Positions 60,601 to 64,000 of a stretch of 64,000 bases of DNA are shown here, piece by piece (the stretch's first letter is position 1; each line of letters starts with the position of its first letter). The notes beneath the pieces are model-generated. The model saw only the letters and a list, made by a program, of their open reading frames with translations, did no database searches and had not been told where the DNA came from. Location of the stretch: contig CAJINV010000002.1 of the NCBI GenBank assembly GCA_905178155.1, positions 6,428,476 through 6,492,475 of the forward strand, given 5' to 3'. The DNA comes from Amoebophrya sp. A120. Taxonomy: Eukaryota; Protista; Dinoflagellata. Made by a program: the position numbers and the translations under genes.

Positions 60601-63600
60601 CCTTTATCCGCTGGCATTGTAGAGGACTTCGCAAATGGAAATACAGCATCAAACATCGGTTTCGGCACTAGTGCCACCCCCGGGGGCCAGGCCTTTTACA
60701 GTCAAGTGTCGCCCGATCGCCATGGAGTTGCCCTGCCTTTCGGTGAGGAGGGCTCATTGGAGGCCCGGCAGGGGGTTGCGGCCACGCCGGCAACCAATAA
60801 AGTGGACATCCTGGTCGAGAATTTTAGAGCAGGGTCAGTTTGCCAGCTTCCACACGCTATTTCCGGCAGTACGGCCGTGTATTCAAGTAGCTCCCGGTGC
60901 AGCACACCTAGGTTGGTGGAGAAGGCCATTCTTTTACCAGAGAGCGAAGAACAGGAGGAGAAGAATTGCGGCGGGATTCGTCTGGATGATCAAGTTGGTG
61001 AGATCGAAAATGACCGGAAAAAGAGCTGGGACAAGATGAACCTGAAAAAGAACAAGGGATCTGTTGAAAAATCTGTTGCGGCGGTGAACAAAGACACCAG
61101 TGTTGGTCGTTTAGAAGCTGCGGATGATGATGTTCACGGCGAGAAGAAAAACCGGAGGCGGGAGATCATTGCTGATCCTCCGTATCGTGACGGTGTTGAA
61201 GGAGAGAAGATGGAGCTGGATTCGCAGCCCGAGGCCGAGCCAGAAGAACCGGATGAGGCACAATTTTTGGCTGCGTCTGCTGCCCTGGATCCTGCGACGA
61301 GTCAAAATGCTGTTGTAGTAGTCCCAACAGACCACGAGGCTTCGGCTGCTCAGGAAGTAGAGACTCCTCTTCGGCCTGATGATATTACAGAAGAAGCCTT
61401 GATGGCAACATCAAACATTCGTCAAGAAGATGCCGTGCACGATACCTTGCAGCTCCCCGCGACTTCTGTGAAGAACACGCAGCGCATGCTATTCTGTGTA
61501 AAAATGTCCCCACGCCAGAGTTGTCATGCAGATTTGCGATTACAGGAACATTTGTAATGCGCAGATCCAAGAGAGGCATTTTCAATCGTGTTTTGGTATT
61601 TATAATGCTGAAACAGGATGAGCAGATGATTTTGTGATGCGGTTTCCGTTGCTACCCTTCACTACACTACGGACTGCAACTTGCCATGCGTGGCTCCCAA
61701 AACTTCTGGATTTGTGTTGCTAAGTTCCCAACTTGACTAAGTGGTGGGGACGCTTTTACAGATGATACATGCTGGAATCTTCCATGCGACTCGGCTGTGC
61801 CATCACCGACGTATTGCTGCGCAAAGAGCAACAGGCATCCAAGAAAAAAACTGGGTTAGTGTAACTTTCTTTGGCTGATAGCATCACAAATTTGCTTTAC
61901 ACGACGGAGAAAACCTGTCGTGCGTGGTTTGTAAGGGAAAACACACATGAAAAGAGGACTGCGTGGCTGTCTGGCATGACAGGCGTAACTCTGTATGCAT
62001 GTTCTGCATCACAGATTTACACTTACACAGTTTTTTTCATGCATAACAAGACCACGCCGGCGATGAAACCTACAGTTTGCACCAAGCCTGGCAGGAACTG
62101 GAGGCCGCCGAAGACGGACCCGTCTGCGAAACGGAGGTGTTGGGGCTTGTTTCCACTGGTCCTTGCGACCACGCCGGCTTCCACATTGAAGGGCTGGACA
62201 ACGATGGAGAGGAAAATGCCGCGACCACTCCAGGAGCAAGAGGATCGAAAGTTGTTTCGCAGCAAACCACGACACCGAAAACGAAAGGCAGAGCGAGCCC
62301 TGGTGGAGCTGCCGGGGGTAAAAAGACCAAAAAAGAGAAGCGGAAAATGAAGAAGGAAAGTTTACTCCAGGCCGGTGCAGCAGCAGACGATGATGTCGAA
62401 TTGACAGGCACTGCGGCGTCCTCCGGTTCCGGTTGTGCAACAACTAAAAATTTGGATTTTTTTCCAACCGGTTGTAGTAAGCGCTTTTCGACGTCGTCTT
62501 GTCAAGAAGAAGGTCAGGACGTTGACCTCCACGAGGAACAATCGCTCCAGGAAGCAATAAGGTTGCGGCCTGGTCGGCAGAAGGACACGGTCCGAGCAGT
62601 GAAACGCGTGATCGAAGAGGAGACGGCCGCGTTTTTGGACAACATCCAGGAAAGGGAGAAGCAGGCCACCAAGAATCTGGTCAGCGGCATGGCCGTGCTG
62701 GAGCTCGCTATTCGCCGCCCTGATTTCTCCTTTCTGGTTAACGCAGAATTTGCGAATACAACCGCAGATGATGGAACAAACGGAAACACAAATGACAATA
62801 AGGCAGGAGGAACATCTTCAGATGCGAATGCCACAGCAGGTCCAAAAGTTGACTTGATCGCGCAACTCGGGACGAAGTTGGAATTTTACACGACCTACCA
62901 CAAGAGTTTAGAAACGGTGTTGGAAGTGTGCCGCGCGTTTTCGAAGAATAAACAATCGGCGGAGAAGAAGGATTTGTGCTTTCAAACGTACAAGAAGCAC
63001 ATGGAAAACTTCTTTTTTCCGGATCCCGTGGTTCTAGCAACGGGGGACAGAGCCGCGGTCGAGGCGGAGATGGAGCGGAAAATGCCGTTTTTGGAGCGGG
63101 GAATCACCGCTATAACGAATGATATAGAGAAGAAGTTCGGGAGACTGCTTTTGCAGCAGATGGTAACATATGGATTGTAAAAATGTCTGGGTCTGGAAGA
63201 ATGCAAGATTTGTGATGCAGGTTTTTTATGACCCATGAGGTCTGGAATGCGAGACCCAGCATGACAGATTCTTTGAGGTCTTTATCATGCCTTTCCTGCA
63301 TGAGAGACTCCCTCTCAACTTGGTCAAAAGCGAACAGCTTTTGGTACTCACGCAACACAGATTTTTGCATCATTCAGATTTAGCATCACAAGTTCTAATC
63401 TTCCAGACCCAGACACTTTTACACTTGATATAACATCCGGCTCGGTGCCGGACGCCGTTGCCGCCCTCTACCACGAACTGAAACAGAGCGCCACGAACGC
63501 GGTCGCCGGGGAGATGAAGAATGTCTCAGCTCCCGAAAAATGCGGTCGTGCAACGGATCTTTCGAATAAAACTACGGATAGTGCGCCGGGGGAAGAAAAC

Positions 63601-64000
63601 TACGCCGAAAGGACCGCTTCATCTGGTAGTTCTGGAAGTAGTGCGAGCTTTTCTACTGCTGCTCGTCAACAAGATGGGGAGTCAGAAGGTGCTGCTGCTG
63701 GTGTTGTATCGGCAAACAAGCAAGGGGACGACAGCGGGGTACGACTTGGGTTGCAGTACACGGCCAAGGAGTTGGTTAGTCGGATGGACAATTTGGTCGA
63801 GCAGAACCGAGCTTCTGCGTCACAGCAGGTTCATCAATGTGCAGCGCAACACCACCCGGACCCCTTGCTGGATTTGAACATCATGCAAAACGTCCTCTCC
63901 CGGATGGAAAAGCACGCGAGAGACAAAGCGAAGCAGCGACAGAGCAAGCACGCCCACCTGCGCGACAAGAAACAAGTGAAGCAGCAGCGGCAACACGACC
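57672..64000 (+). CDS. Large low-complexity hypothetical protein with N-terminal hydrophobic segment (3'-partial, >1700 aa)
   Basis: Exons 57672-59275,59589-61489,61773-61835,62051-63168,63436->64000 join in frame after removing four TIR elements; LAVLSLYLGAGAGIFF near the N-terminus. Confidence 0.8.
59276..59583. mobile_element. Introner family A, aged
   Basis: TSD GAACG/GGACG. Confidence 0.82.
61490..61767. mobile_element. Introner family B
   Basis: TSD CATGC/CATGC. Confidence 0.9.
61836..62045. mobile_element. Introner family E
   Basis: CATCCAAGAAAAAAACTG / CAGTTTTTTTCATGCATA; TSD ACAGG/ACAAG. Confidence 0.86.
63169..63430. mobile_element. Introner family A
   Basis: TSD TAACA/TAACA; sister of 20623. 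Confidence 0.93.

Noticed and set aside
1278-63430. Recurrent peptides in the ORF track (KMSGSG, FQTQTFLHLI, LPDPDIF, KCKNVWVWK, QKCLGLE) as a repeated protein domain
   Set aside because: They are six-frame translations of the family-A TIR; these ORFs stop inside the elements.
1-64000. tRNA, rRNA or snRNA genes, or an autonomous transposase
   Set aside because: None recognisable by eye; a covariance-model/HMM search would be needed to exclude divergent ones.

Overview
Eukaryotic DNA with ten protein-coding genes, all on the + strand, broken up by about 45 short (150-340 bp) elements plus one partial copy at the window start. Each element has terminal inverted repeats (TIRs) running 5'-TAT...ATA-3' and is flanked by a 5-bp direct repeat (target-site duplication, TSD). 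Removing an element together with one TSD copy restores the reading frame at every coding site I checked by hand. Most of these junctions cannot be read as GT-AG introns. This architecture matches the inverted/direct-repeat 'introner' non-canonical introns described for the parasitic dinoflagellate Amoebophrya (Farhat et al. 2021, BMC Biology), so that organism assignment is an inference. Recognisable products are a branched-chain amino-acid aminotransferase, a Tpt1/KptA RNA 2'-phosphotransferase, an MFS transporter, a J-domain+FN3 protein, a split ParB/Srx-like+GYF protein and a giant repeat-module surface protein. Observations beyond the basic introner description: (1) a second, structured element inserted twice precisely at the introner's conserved GCATGACAA motif; (2) at least nine unrelated TIR families share a TAT-N7-AAAA end and an internal TGT[C/G/A]ATGC motif; (3) the same element sits in both orientations within one transcript; (4) a local duplication preserves an empty site; (5) old copies appear to drift into GT-AG introns; (6) transposon relics carry a GC-skewed signature. 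Exon coordinates were derived by eye and are ambiguous within each 5-bp TSD. Family letters A-I are my own labels.
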